A DNA stretch of 64,000 nt from an uncultured delta proteobacterium (GCA_963823335.1 CAWGLD010000001.1:704001-768000), one strand, 5' to 3'; shown: positions 49,162-58,742, numbered from the stretch's first letter. Notes: generated by a model from the sequence alone, not told the origin. Numbers and translations are program-made.

Positions 49162-50436
49162 CTAGAAGTCGATCTGGATCTTGTGATAGGCTCTGCTAAA
49201 GGCATCCGGGTCATCATATGTGCCACCATTGCCATCGTCCCATTCACCATCTTTATACTTTCCGTATGCAGCGCCAATCGAGTATTTTACATTGTCAGCC
49301 AGCTTGTAGGTCACGCCTAAATTGCCTATCATACCTTCCGCACCGTCCCATTCGCCGTCGTCTGCATTGGACGACATGTACTCGAGGGCACCGTACAACG
49401 ACAGGGCATCGTTAACAGAGTAGTCGGCATAAATCGCAACCAGTGTGGTAGCATAGTATTCAGCGTTTCCGCCGCCAAATCCATCCCAGTCCATGACCCA
49501 GAAACCCGGACCAAAGTCCTCGCCAGAACCGTAACCGACCCCAGCATCCTTATCCCAGCTGGTGTAAGCCACCATGCCGCCGATCTTTACTGCATCCATG
49601 GTCACCCAAACATTAGCATATAAGCCGTAAAGGTCGGCCGAATCCTCGCCACCTGGGGTGTCAGGAATTCCTGCACCTGCATCTTCATTCCATTCAAAAT
49701 CAATGCGCTGATAGACGCCCTCAGCTTCAAAACCGACTGAGCCAAAAGTACCCATGGCCGCCACAATGCCGCCCATGACCTTGTTATCCGGGTCTTCAAA
49801 TTCGAAACCACCATCTATAGCACCGCCGCTCACGTCACCGTTATACCCATAAATCCCCAGAAACTGCAGGGTGACATCCCCTGCCTTGGTGACCAGATAG
49901 GCATAATAGAAATCGGAGTCGTCTTTTTCAGCATCCCAATCACCACTGGCATTGGGTCCAAGCTCCCCTCTTTTCTCGAGAATAACACCCCATTTGCCAA
50001 AACCTGCCGTACCGTCGAGACGCACCCGGTACAACCCATTGGCATTATCGCCAAAGGCGGTTCCAAAGGCACCACCGGTCATGAGACCGAATGCCGTGCT
50101 CATTCCGTTGTCGAACGTGTATTGTCCCCAGGCCCTTTTGAAAGCGATATTATCGTCACCGGTTTTGGTATCTGAATCCGTGGGGGATTGATTAAAGTTT
50201 TCATCATGGATTTCCCAGTTCAGACGGATCAGGGTTTTATCGGAAGGATTAATGTTCAAGGTGCTGTCAAACTCCATGTCGTAGTACATGTAGTTTTCGG
50301 AGTCATCTGATATGCTGCCGCTGTTGTCAATCCAGGAACCTCTTGTGTTGATCATACCGGAATAGTCGTATTCAACGGCATAGGCTGCGCCGGCAAAAAA
50401 CAGCACGGCTAGTGTAACTATAAAAAGTTTTTTCAT
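49162..50436 (-). CDS. Outer-membrane porin-like beta-barrel protein
   Basis: Signal peptide ending AYA, Gly/Asp/aromatic-rich sequence, C-terminal Phe, strong AGGAGG SD and own terminator. Confidence 0.75.
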   Translation of the reverse strand: MKKLFIVTLAVLFFAGAAYAVEYDYSGMINTRGSWIDNSGSISDDSENYMYYDMEFDSTLNINPSDKTLIRLNWEIHDENFNQSPTDSDTKTGDDNIAFKRAWGQYTFDNGMSTAFGLMTGGAFGTAFGDNANGLYRVRLDGTAGFGKWGVILEKRGELGPNASGDWDAEKDDSDFYYAYLVTKAGDVTLQFLGIYGYNGDVSGGAIDGGFEFEDPDNKVMGGIVAAMGTFGSVGFEAEGVYQRIDFEWNEDAGAGIPDTPGGEDSADLYGLYANVWVTMDAVKIGGMVAYTSWDKDAGVGYGSGEDFGPGFWVMDWDGFGGGNAEYYATTLVAIYADYSVNDALSLYGALEYMSSNADDGEWDGAEGMIGNLGVTYKLADNVKYSIGAAYGKYKDGEWDDGNGGTYDDPDAFSRAYHKIQIDF

Positions 50437-50601
50437 CTTAAAATCTCCTCCTAAAGAGTTTTAATAAAGTGATAGTCATTTTTTTCATACAACATTTGTT
50501 GCACAAACTACTTCATGGAACACTTACGATTGCCTTTCATTACCTCCTTTCCGTTTGCAAGTTAAACATAATTAAACATAACAATGAAACAAATTGCGAC
50601 A

Positions 50602-50630
50602 TTTATAACAATTAATAAACTAAAAGTCAA
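50602..50630 (-). promoter_or_regulatory. Sigma70-like promoter for the porin gene
   Basis: TTGACT-N17-TATAAA on the minus strand. Confidence 0.55.
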
Positions 50631-51048
50631 GATATTAGGCATCTTAGCAGGCTTTTGCCCCAAAAGTGCCAGATGTGGTATATGTTTTATGGGCACTCAT
50701 ACCAAAGAAAGTGTTTTGGCAAAATCTGAATACACCTGTATTACCCGATTTTCAGCATATGTATCCGTTCTTCTCTTTAATGTCCAGAAAAAAATATGGG
50801 AATCTCCCGGGGTGATAATATAGTTAAAACCAGCCTGGATATGCAGGCAGTAAAAAAACCTCTTATCACGAAATCACGAAAGGTCGAAACCACGAAAAAA
50901 CCACTGAACCGTAATGTCAAAATGGAGATGTCAAACCAAATGAAGAAATGATCCGGTTAGTGCTTTCAAAGACCGCCCCGGCGTGCTAAAAAGGTATCAC
51001 CATCGGAAAAGTTATAGAAAAAACATATGACAAGGGAGTAACATAACG

Positions 51049-52857
51049 GTGAAAAAACAGATTCTGATTTCAATCGTGTTCATGGGTCTTCTGACAATGG
51101 GTTCGGCCCTGGTTGCCACGGGCCCTGCATCGGCAGAGACCCGGTCCGGCATCCTCATTATTCCGTTCAACATTCATGCCCAAGAAGTGCAGTCCTTTCT
51201 CATACCGGCCATCACGGACATGCTCTACACGCGCCTGTCCGCTGAAAACCGGACCGTATCCGTGGAAAAGATGCCTGCGGGGACGGAACCGGTCTCGGTC
51301 GAGGACGCCATCGCCATGGGGCAGCAGCAAAACGTGGATTATGTGCTCTTCGGCAGCGTCACCATGCTGGGGTCCATGATCAGCACGGATGCGCAACTTG
51401 TCGGTGTTGCCCAGGAAAAGCCCCTGCTGACATTCAACGAGGTGGGGCAGGACCAGGGTGACATCATTGCCCACATGGAACATTTGACAACCCGCATCAA
51501 TGAAACCGTTTTTGGTGTGGCCAAAGGCGTGGTATTATCACCCGCATCCGATCCGGCTGCAGACGATATTCACACCCACCCGGAAAAACTGGTGATACCC
51601 GGCATAACGCCTGAGACACCACCGGCTCTTGCACCATCGACTGCCCCTGCAAAATCGACTGCACCCACAACATCGACCGCACCAGCAACGATGACCGCTC
51701 CAACAGCATCAGCTGCGCCCACAACAACGGCTCCCGCTGCTCCCATCGTGCTTGTGGCACCCCAAACAGACGAGGATGAAAGTTCCCTGTCATACTGGAA
51801 AAGCGAAAGTTTTCCGGCGACTATCGAGGGCCTCTCCATCGCAGATGTCGACGGGGATGGTTCCAACGAGGTCGTTTTTGTCAGCTACGACCAGATCTTT
51901 ATCTACAGGTATCAGAACGAAAGCCTTAATGAAATCAAGATCTTAAGTAATAAATCCTTTCACCGTCTCATGTTTGTGGACACGGCCGACATCAACCAGA
52001 ACGGCACGCCTGAAATTTTTGTGACGGATTATATCTCCAGCAATCAGCGCCTGAAATCCATCGTACTGGAGTGGAATGGCAGGGATTTTGCTGTCCTCGA
52101 TGAACTCACTAACTGGTATCTGCGCGTCCTTAAGACACCCGCATCCGGGACTCTTTTGCTGGGCCAGAAGCGCGGCACGGGTTCAAGTTCTACCTTTACT
52201 AACCGCCCTCAGGAAGCATTGTTTGATCTGGATATCCATGAAATGAAATGGCAGGACGGGCGATATGAAGCCGCAGGCAAATTTGCTGGGCCAAAAGAGA
52301 TGACGCTGTTTGACTTTACCCAGGGCGATGCGTCCAACAATGGTCAAACCGAAACCGTGGCTTTTTTAAGAAACGACTTTTTCAGAATATATGACCAGGC
52401 CGGGGAATCCACCTGGGAGAGCGGTCAAATCTATGGTGGAAGTCGTCTCTTTTTCGAAGCACCGAATATGGATCGCACCGGCTCCGTCGCTCAGGGCGTC
52501 TCCCGCTCCGCCAAGAGTGTCAAATACTACCTTCCCCAGCGGATCCACGTAAGCGATATCGACGGGGACGGTTTGAACGAAATTATCGTCGTTAAAAACT
52601 ATGATGGCGAGGGGGGTATTTTTTCACGTATGAAGGCGTTCAAGGAGGGACGTATCGACTGCTTTTCCTATGACGATGTCGGCGTCCAACGCAAGTGGCA
52701 GACACGTAACATCGCCGGGTATATCAGTGATTATGTCATCGGCGACCTGGACAACGACGGCATAAACGAAATCGTACTTTCCACGGTGGCAAAAAATAAG
52801 TCGGTCTTTAATAAGGGTAAGAGTTATATAATGTCCTGTAAAGCGGTTAAGGAATGA
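51049..52857 (+). CDS. Exported FG-GAP/VCBS-repeat protein with a Pro/Ala/Thr linker
   Basis: Signal peptide; DVDGDGSNE, DINQNGTPE, DIDGDGLNE and DLDNDGINE loops. Confidence 0.85.
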   Translation: MKKQILISIVFMGLLTMGSALVATGPASAETRSGILIIPFNIHAQEVQSFLIPAITDMLYTRLSAENRTVSVEKMPAGTEPVSVEDAIAMGQQQNVDYVLFGSVTMLGSMISTDAQLVGVAQEKPLLTFNEVGQDQGDIIAHMEHLTTRINETVFGVAKGVVLSPASDPAADDIHTHPEKLVIPGITPETPPALAPSTAPAKSTAPTTSTAPATMTAPTASAAPTTTAPAAPIVLVAPQTDEDESSLSYWKSESFPATIEGLSIADVDGDGSNEVVFVSYDQIFIYRYQNESLNEIKILSNKSFHRLMFVDTADINQNGTPEIFVTDYISSNQRLKSIVLEWNGRDFAVLDELTNWYLRVLKTPASGTLLLGQKRGTGSSSTFTNRPQEALFDLDIHEMKWQDGRYEAAGKFAGPKEMTLFDFTQGDASNNGQTETVAFLRNDFFRIYDQAGESTWESGQIYGGSRLFFEAPNMDRTGSVAQGVSRSAKSVKYYLPQRIHVSDIDGDGLNEIIVVKNYDGEGGIFSRMKAFKEGRIDCFSYDDVGVQRKWQTRNIAGYISDYVIGDLDNDGINEIVLSTVAKNKSVFNKGKSYIMSCKAVKE

Positions 52858-52910
52858 TTTTGGTGGTTGGTGTTTAGTATTTAGTGGTTAGGTGGGTTTG
52901 TTTGTGTGGG
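52858..52910. repeat. GT-rich 5' arm of the four-helix-bundle cassette
   Basis: GGTGTTTAGTATTTAGTG is complementary to CACTAAATACAAAACACC at about 53307-53324 (1 mismatch). Confidence 0.75.
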
Positions 52911-52918
52911 GAATATAG

Positions 52919-53284
52919 ATGGCATTCATTTGCTTTGAAGATCTTCGGGTTTTCCAACTGGCTGAAAAGCTTTGTGACGATATATGGGAAATCGTTCGAG
53001 AATGGAATTATTTTGAAAAGAACACTGTCGGCAGACAACCTGTGAAGGCGGCAGACAGTATCGGAGCCAATATCGCTGAAGGCCCTGGAAGGGGATACCC
53101 TAACGATAATAAACGGTTTATTAAAATTGCTCGCGGTTCCTTGAATGAGACAAAGTTCTGGCTTCGCAGAGCATCCAAAAGAGGTTTATTGGACGAAACC
53201 CAAAGTGATTGCCTGGCAAAAACCCTTGATGAATTAGCACCGACATTGAACGCATTTTTAAGTTCTATCGGTCGGAACGCCTGA
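52919..53284 (+). CDS. Four-helix-bundle protein (23S rRNA IVP / Avd-like)
   Basis: FEDLRVFQLA, Q..KAADSIGANIAEG.GR and IARGSLNETKFWL. Confidence 0.9.
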   Translation: MAFICFEDLRVFQLAEKLCDDIWEIVREWNYFEKNTVGRQPVKAADSIGANIAEGPGRGYPNDNKRFIKIARGSLNETKFWLRRASKRGLLDETQSDCLAKTLDELAPTLNAFLSSIGRNA

Positions 53285-53291
53285 AAACGCT

Positions 53292-53358
53292 TTAACCAGC
53301 TACAAAACACTAAATACAAAACACCAAACACATATATTATTTTTTGTGTTTTCGTGAT
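53292..53358. repeat. CA-rich 3' arm of the cassette plus a family A half-site
   Basis: CAAAACACTAAATACAAAACACCAAACAC; TTTGTGTTTTCGTGAT. Confidence 0.75.
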
Positions 53359-53373
53359 GAAAGATCTTTTCTT

Positions 53374-55224
53374 TTACACTATTCTCTTAAAGGCTTTTTC
53401 AAAAAACACCTTATCCAATTTGATCCAGGTAGGTCTTCCGTGGGGACAGTTGGAAGGGTTTTCGCAGGCATCCAGCTGTTCCAGCATGACCTTGATTTCC
53501 GTATCCGTCAGACGCTGATTGGCTCGGATAGCGCCATGGCAGGCCATGAGTTTGATGCCGTCGTCGATCGCTTTTTCAGCGGTGTCTGCAGAGCCGTCTT
53601 CGATCCACGTCTCCACCATCTCCACCACCAGGGTCTTGACTTCGTGATCTCCCAGAACAGCCGGCACGGACTTGATGGCAAAGGTGTCGCCCCCGAAGGG
53701 CTCGATCTCGAAACCCAGGGTTGCAAGTTCGGGGAGAAATTTTGACAGAACGTTTGCCTCCCGGTAGTTGAGATCGACAATTTCGGGTATCAGCAACCCT
53801 TGTGACTCGGTTTTCACCTTTCGGGATTGTTTCAACTTTTCGTAGAGAATCCGTTCATGCGCGGCATGCTGGTCGAGCAGAATGAGGTCCTGGTTGGACT
53901 CACACACAATGTAGATATCCTGATATTGACCGATGACCTTCAAGTCACTGAACCGTGTCTGGTCCCAGAGGTGTGTCTGGGCCGGCAACTGCTTTGAGAA
54001 CCCGTTACCGCCGGCAGGCTTTATGGCGGTAGTGTGTGGTCCCCGCCTATCTGAAAGTGTTCGTATGGGCGCTGAACTTGATGGAAACAACGCTGTTTTC
54101 ACCGACGGCGCCAAGGTCTCTGTTGCTTCGTGCTGCAAAGAAGCGGCCCAGGCGCTTTTCCCATGATATTCCCTTGGCTTTTCCTTGATGAAGAGCATCT
54201 TTTCCTGGGGAAATCGCCGGCCCCATCTTTGGGCGTCGACCTGCTGCAATGCCTGGGCGACGGCAGACCGGACTGTGTCGTGAACCTGTTTCTGGTCACT
54301 GAATCTCACTTCATTTTTTGCCGGATGAACATTGACGTCCACTTTGTCGAACGGCACCCGGATAAACAGCACCGCCAGGGGAAACTGGCCCTTGACAAGC
54401 CGGCCGGTATACCCCTCAAACAGCGCATGCTGGACCACGCGGTCCCTGGCAGCCCTGCCATTGACATAGATGTGCATACTGCGGGATGTTTTGCGTGTGA
54501 TGGACGGAGAAGAAAGCCACCCTTCCAGCTGCAGATACCCGTCGTCATGCTGAACGGCGATGAGCCCCTCTTTCAGCTCCGCCCCCAGCACATGAATCAC
54601 CCGATCCGCTGGATTGGGTACAGCCACCCAGTTTTTCAGCAATTTATTGTTGTGAACCAGTTTGAATTGAACCTCGGGTCTCCCCAGGGCCATGGCAGCA
54701 ACCACGTCGGCGATGTGACCCATTTCGGTCTGGATACCTTTTAAGAACTTTCTTCTGGCAGGCGTGTTGAAAAAAAGCTGCCCCACGCTTACCTGGGTAC
54801 CCACCGGCGCACCGACTTCCGTCACCTTTTGAATTTTGCCGCCCGCCATAAGAAGTTCGAGGCCGGTGTCTGCGTCTCTATGCCGGGTAACCAGAGAAAA
54901 TCGGGAAACGGAAGCAATACTGGGCAGGGCTTCCCCCCTGAAGCCCAGGGTCCGGATGGAAAACAGATCTTCGTTTTTATAAATCTTGCTGGTGGCATAG
55001 CGCTCAATCGAGAGCAGGGCGTCGTCCGGGGGCATGCCCGTCCCGTTGTCCGACACCCGGATCAGGGAGCGCCCCCCTTTTTCGATCTCCACAAGAATCT
55101 GACTGCTCTCCGCATCCAGGGAGTTCTCCAGAAGTTCCTTGACCACGGAGGCGGGTCGTTCCACCACCTCACCGGCGGCAATCTTGTTGGATAATATTTC
55201 GGGTAGAATTCTTATGGCAGACAT
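53374..55224 (-). CDS. mutL: DNA mismatch repair endonuclease MutL
   Basis: IAAGEVVERPASVVKEL, GFRGEALPSI, DVNVHPAK, DQHAAHER and CPHGRP. Confidence 0.98.
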   Translation of the reverse strand: MSAIRILPEILSNKIAAGEVVERPASVVKELLENSLDAESSQILVEIEKGGRSLIRVSDNGTGMPPDDALLSIERYATSKIYKNEDLFSIRTLGFRGEALPSIASVSRFSLVTRHRDADTGLELLMAGGKIQKVTEVGAPVGTQVSVGQLFFNTPARRKFLKGIQTEMGHIADVVAAMALGRPEVQFKLVHNNKLLKNWVAVPNPADRVIHVLGAELKEGLIAVQHDDGYLQLEGWLSSPSITRKTSRSMHIYVNGRAARDRVVQHALFEGYTGRLVKGQFPLAVLFIRVPFDKVDVNVHPAKNEVRFSDQKQVHDTVRSAVAQALQQVDAQRWGRRFPQEKMLFIKEKPREYHGKSAWAASLQHEATETLAPSVKTALFPSSSAPIRTLSDRRGPHTTAIKPAGGNGFSKQLPAQTHLWDQTRFSDLKVIGQYQDIYIVCESNQDLILLDQHAAHERILYEKLKQSRKVKTESQGLLIPEIVDLNYREANVLSKFLPELATLGFEIEPFGGDTFAIKSVPAVLGDHEVKTLVVEMVETWIEDGSADTAEKAIDDGIKLMACHGAIRANQRLTDTEIKVMLEQLDACENPSNCPHGRPTWIKLDKVFFEKAFKRIV

Positions 55225-55428
55225 TGGGTGTTTTGTGTTTCGTGTTTGTATTTGTGTTTCGTGTTTGGTGTTTCGTGTTTCGTGATTGGTGTTTTGTTTC
55301 GTGTTTCGTGATTGGATAATGGAGATTCAGGTGTTAGGGGCAATACCATTATAATTAACCTGAACACAAATAGCCAACGCCATCATGCCCTACCCAACAA
55401 AACACAAAATACCAAACACAAAACACTA
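55225..55428. repeat. Empty cassette: inverted GTGTTTC 7-mer arrays between the small gene stop and the mutL start
   Basis: About 12 imperfect GTGTTT(C/T/G) units at 55227-55311; complementary CAAAACAC units at 55396-55428. Confidence 0.85.
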
Positions 55429-55608
55429 ATTTTTTTCTGTCTTAAAAAAATTATTCAAATATTCGACTTCCACGGGAGACAGATTAAATCTGAGGGCTGC
55501 AGCTTCGATCATTTGTGGATGCTTTTTCGATGGATCGGTCTGTCGCTCTCCCGAAATCCATTTCACGGCTTTGCGGATCATTTCGCCATCCGGCTGAATA
55601 GTGGTCAT
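55426..55608 (-). CDS. Small conserved hypothetical protein
   Basis: MTTIQPDGEMIRKAVKWIS...AALRFNLSP; GAGGT SD. Confidence 0.75.
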   Translation of the reverse strand: MTTIQPDGEMIRKAVKWISGERQTDPSKKHPQMIEAAALRFNLSPVEVEYLNNFFKTEKN

Positions 55609-55663
55609 GGGGGTACCTCATTTGTTTTGCAATATGATATGAATGTATTCTTTTGTATCGTGA

Positions 55664-55730
55664 TGAAATTCGAAGCACGAATATCGAAATCCTAAACAAA
55701 TTCAAATATCAAATGAACCAATGTCCAAAA
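55664..55730. repeat. GAAATTCGAA..ATATCGAAATCC repeat arm; shorter copy at 31457-31495
   Basis: GAAATTCGAAGCACGAATATCGAAATCCTAAACAAAT versus GAAATTCGAAATCCAAATATCGAAATCCAAAACAAAT. Confidence 0.7.
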
Positions 55731-55742
55731 CCGTAGACAATT

Positions 55743-55765
55743 GTAGTTCAGGGCTTCAGCCCTGC
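55743..55765 (+). repeat. GTAG-type REP downstream of the RAYT gene
   Basis: GTAG-TT-CAGGGCT-TC-AGCCCTG-C. Confidence 0.88.
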
Positions 55766-55773
55766 ATAAACAA

Positions 55774-56352
55774 TTATGCCAACTTTCCATCCAGCTCAAA
55801 AGATCCTGACAATTGATAATCCAGATAGTGCATCACAATCTTTTTCCTGACTGGATTGTTGAAAATGTATTTCACCGTTTCCAACAAATCTTCATCTTTT
55901 CGCAATACATGGTCATAAAAGCTTGGTTGCCAGAGTTTTGCTTTATCTGCAGGGCTGAAGCCCTGCACTACATCACCCGGATCACCCTTTTTCTCGTAGC
56001 CCAGGGCTTCAGCCCTGCTATCCAGATGCGTGACTTTTACCTTGTTAGAACGGCTATAATGATAGCCGGCACTTTGTTTGAAAGATGATACGAATTTCTT
56101 TAAGTCGGCATCCTGCTCCATCCCTTCTGCAAGAAAGTGAACATGATCCGGCATAAAACAGTACGCCCAAACCTTAAAATGAAATGCTATAGCTTTTTCA
56201 GCAAGCAACTCAATGTATTGTTTAGCAATCTCTCTATTATGAAATACTGGATTCTTATTTTGGGTGCAAATGGTAATAAAATAACGGTAATGTCCTGTAT
56301 AATCAAATCCCTTTAATCTTGGTCGCCGTTTGAATTTCCTCTTGATAACCAT
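55774..56352 (-). mobile_element. REP-associated tyrosine transposase (RAYT, HUH Y1 family)
   Basis: RLKGFDY, YFITICT, MPDHVH (HUH), LWQPSFYDHVLR and KYIFNNP; adjacent GTAG REPs. Confidence 0.92.
55949..56018. repeat. Inverted REP pair inside the RAYT ORF
   Basis: GTAGTGCAGGGCTTCAGCCCTGC on - (55949-55971) and GTAGCCCAGGGCTTCAGCCCTGC on + (55996-56018). Confidence 0.9.
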
Positions 56353-56421
56353 ATCATGCTGTGGATGTTGAGACTTTCATAAAGAACCGCTAAACATCTC
56401 CTCTATAAAAATCAGATCTCA

Positions 56422-57882
56422 TTATAACAACGGTTTTTTTAAATGAAAATCCGTTGCCTGCTCAAAACTGTAGCCCACCTTCAGCAGCATGCCCTCGTTA
56501 AAATGCTTGCCCAGTATCTGAAGACCGATGGGCAATCCATCGCTGGAAAAACCACATGGAACCGCCATGCCCGGAATGCCGGCCAGATTCGCTGAAAGCG
56601 TAAATATATCAGACAGGTACATCTTCAAAGGATCTTCGACATTCTCGCCGATCTTGAATGCAGGTGTCGGTGCCACCGGGGAGAGGATGACATCGCATTG
56701 TTCAAATGCCCGTTTGTAGTCTTGGATAATCAACGTGCGAACCTGGGAAGCTTTCCCGTAGTAGGCATCATAGTATCCGGCAGACAGGCAGTAGGTGCCG
56801 ATGATAATACGCCTCTGAACCTCCGACCCAAACCCGGTTGTCCGTGTCGCCCGGTACATTTCCATCAGGGTGTCCTGTTCCCTGTTCCGGTATCCGTATT
56901 TGACACCGTCATATCTGGCCAGGTTCGAACTGGCCTCACAGGGTGCAATCACGTAGTAGACGGCCACCACATGTTCGGTGTTGGGTAATGAAACCTCTAT
57001 ACACTGCGCCCCGCGGCTCTCAACGACACCAACTGCCTCTTTTACAACGGTTGCGACATCTGATCCGAGCCCTTTCAACGCCGTTACCTCTTTGGGGATC
57101 CCGACAGTTACACCCGTGAGATCCTCCGTGAGAAAGGAAGTAAAATCAGGTACATTCTCGGGAACCGAGGTGGAATCCGCGACATCATGTCCAGAAATCG
57201 TATTCAGCATCATGGCGCAGTCCGTTACGCTTTTCGTCAGAGGACCGATCTGGTCGAGAGACGACGCAAAGGCCACGAGCCCGAACCGGGACACCCGGCC
57301 ATAGGTGGGTTTCATTCCCACAATACCGCAGTGAGAAGCCGGCTGTCTGATGGAACCGCCCGTGTCGGACCCCAGGGCACCCAGGCACATGTCGGCCGCA
57401 ACCGCAGCCGCGGAACCGCCGCTGGACCCACCTGGAATACGGCTTAGATCCCATGGGTTCCGGGTAATCTTGATGCTGGAGTGTTCGGTGGACGACCCCA
57501 TGGCAAATTCATCCATGTTCATTTTGCCGATGATGACGGCATGCTCGGACGTGAGCTTTTTTATTACAGTCGCGTCATAGGGCGGGATAAAATTCTCCAG
57601 AATCCGTGACCCGCAGGTGGTTTTGATACCTTTGGTGCAGATAAGATCCTTGATTCCGATGGGAATGCCTGTCAAGGGACCCATTTCTCCTTTCCCTATC
57701 TGTCGGTCAGCCAAATCGGCCGCCTGGATCGCATCTGTTTCCGTCACCGTAATAAACGCATCCACCCGGCTCTCTACCGCTTCGATCCGCTCTAAAACCG
57801 CCTGTGTCAATTCCCGGGATGAAATTTCCCCTGCTTTGAGCAGTTTGTGGGCCGCTTGAATGGTCAGTTCGTGCAATTTCAT
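56422..57882 (-). CDS. gatA: Asp/Glu-tRNA amidotransferase subunit A
   Basis: [37 protein letters not shown] and SSNLARYDG. Confidence 0.98.
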   Translation of the reverse strand: MKLHELTIQAAHKLLKAGEISSRELTQAVLERIEAVESRVDAFITVTETDAIQAADLADRQIGKGEMGPLTGIPIGIKDLICTKGIKTTCGSRILENFIPPYDATVIKKLTSEHAVIIGKMNMDEFAMGSSTEHSSIKITRNPWDLSRIPGGSSGGSAAAVAADMCLGALGSDTGGSIRQPASHCGIVGMKPTYGRVSRFGLVAFASSLDQIGPLTKSVTDCAMMLNTISGHDVADSTSVPENVPDFTSFLTEDLTGVTVGIPKEVTALKGLGSDVATVVKEAVGVVESRGAQCIEVSLPNTEHVVAVYYVIAPCEASSNLARYDGVKYGYRNREQDTLMEMYRATRTTGFGSEVQRRIIIGTYCLSAGYYDAYYGKASQVRTLIIQDYKRAFEQCDVILSPVAPTPAFKIGENVEDPLKMYLSDIFTLSANLAGIPGMAVPCGFSSDGLPIGLQILGKHFNEGMLLKVGYSFEQATDFHLKKPLL

Positions 57883-57980
57883 ATCGTACCTGTAAATGAT
57901 CTTTGCAATTTAACTTAGAAGAAATTAAATTAGGATCTTTTCCCAACTAGTTGGGAGAAAGGGTTCAAGGGGTCCAGGAT

Positions 57981-58187
57981 TCATGGATTCAAGTGTTTGT
58001 TTTCAAGGGATTTGATCATCGCTTTTAGCATTCTCTCTACATCCCCGAGCTCCTCTCTCAATTCCTGAAGCTTTTCCTTCTTCATATAATCCAAATCACC
58101 GGATATCATCGTCTGCGTTTCCAATTCATAGACTGATCCATATGCAATATCAAGAAACCTCACATACTCTGAGGTTGTTTTTCTCCT
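57981..58187 (-). pseudogene. C-terminal half of a four-helix-bundle gene in a repeat-flanked cassette between gatC and gatA
   Basis: RKTTSEYVRFLDIAYGSVYELETQ...VERMLKAMIKSLENKHLNP*; the N-terminal half is missing; inverted 8-mer arms at 57960-57992 and 58211-58245. Confidence 0.85.
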
Positions 58188-58275
58188 AGCTGATGCCTCA
58201 CTTCATCTCGCTCGAACCCTTGACCCCTGGAATCCTGGAATCCTTAATTTGGATCAACTCTGTTGGCGATGATCC

Positions 58276-58560
58276 TTAAATGATTTTCGGCACCACAAAA
58301 CTGCCATCCTCGGATTCAGGGGCATTGGACATGCAGAGATCTCGGTCCGCCTGCTCAGACAAGTGGTCCTCACGAAAAGCATTGGTCAGGGAAATAGCAT
58401 GGGTTGTAGCGCTAACACCCTGGGTGTCGACACGCTTGAGGGAATCCACATGATCTAAAATCTCACCGATCTGACCGGCAAATTTTTCAATGGCCTCTTC
58501 GGACAATTGCAGACGCGCAAGATTGGCAACGTGTACGACGTCCTCCTTGGTAATTTTCAT
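58276..58560 (-). CDS. gatC: Asp/Glu-tRNA amidotransferase subunit C
   Basis: ITKEDVVHVANLARL, FRED and NAP...FVVPKII. Confidence 0.96.
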   Translation of the reverse strand: MKITKEDVVHVANLARLQLSEEAIEKFAGQIGEILDHVDSLKRVDTQGVSATTHAISLTNAFREDHLSEQADRDLCMSNAPESEDGSFVVPKII

Positions 58561-58592
58561 ATAGCACCGTATTAATGGTTATAGGATATCCC

Positions 58593-58712
58593 ATCACGAA
58601 AACACGAAAGTTTGAAAACACGAAAAAGACCGGAAATAATTTGATTGTGTAATACCGGATCCATCGGATAATTATCGATTTTCAACCATTCGTGTTTTCG
58701 TGCTTTCGTGAT
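58593..58712. repeat. Family A hairpin repeat with a larger loop
   Basis: ATCACGAAAACACGAAAG...TTCGTGCTTTCGTGAT. Confidence 0.8.
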
Positions 58713-58742
58713 AAATTTTTCCGCTTTTGGTTATTAATAGGC

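Noticed and set aside
52919-53284. Diversity-generating retroelement (Avd-like gene)
   Set aside because: No reverse transcriptase and no template/variable repeat pair with adenine-specific mismatches was seen in the window.
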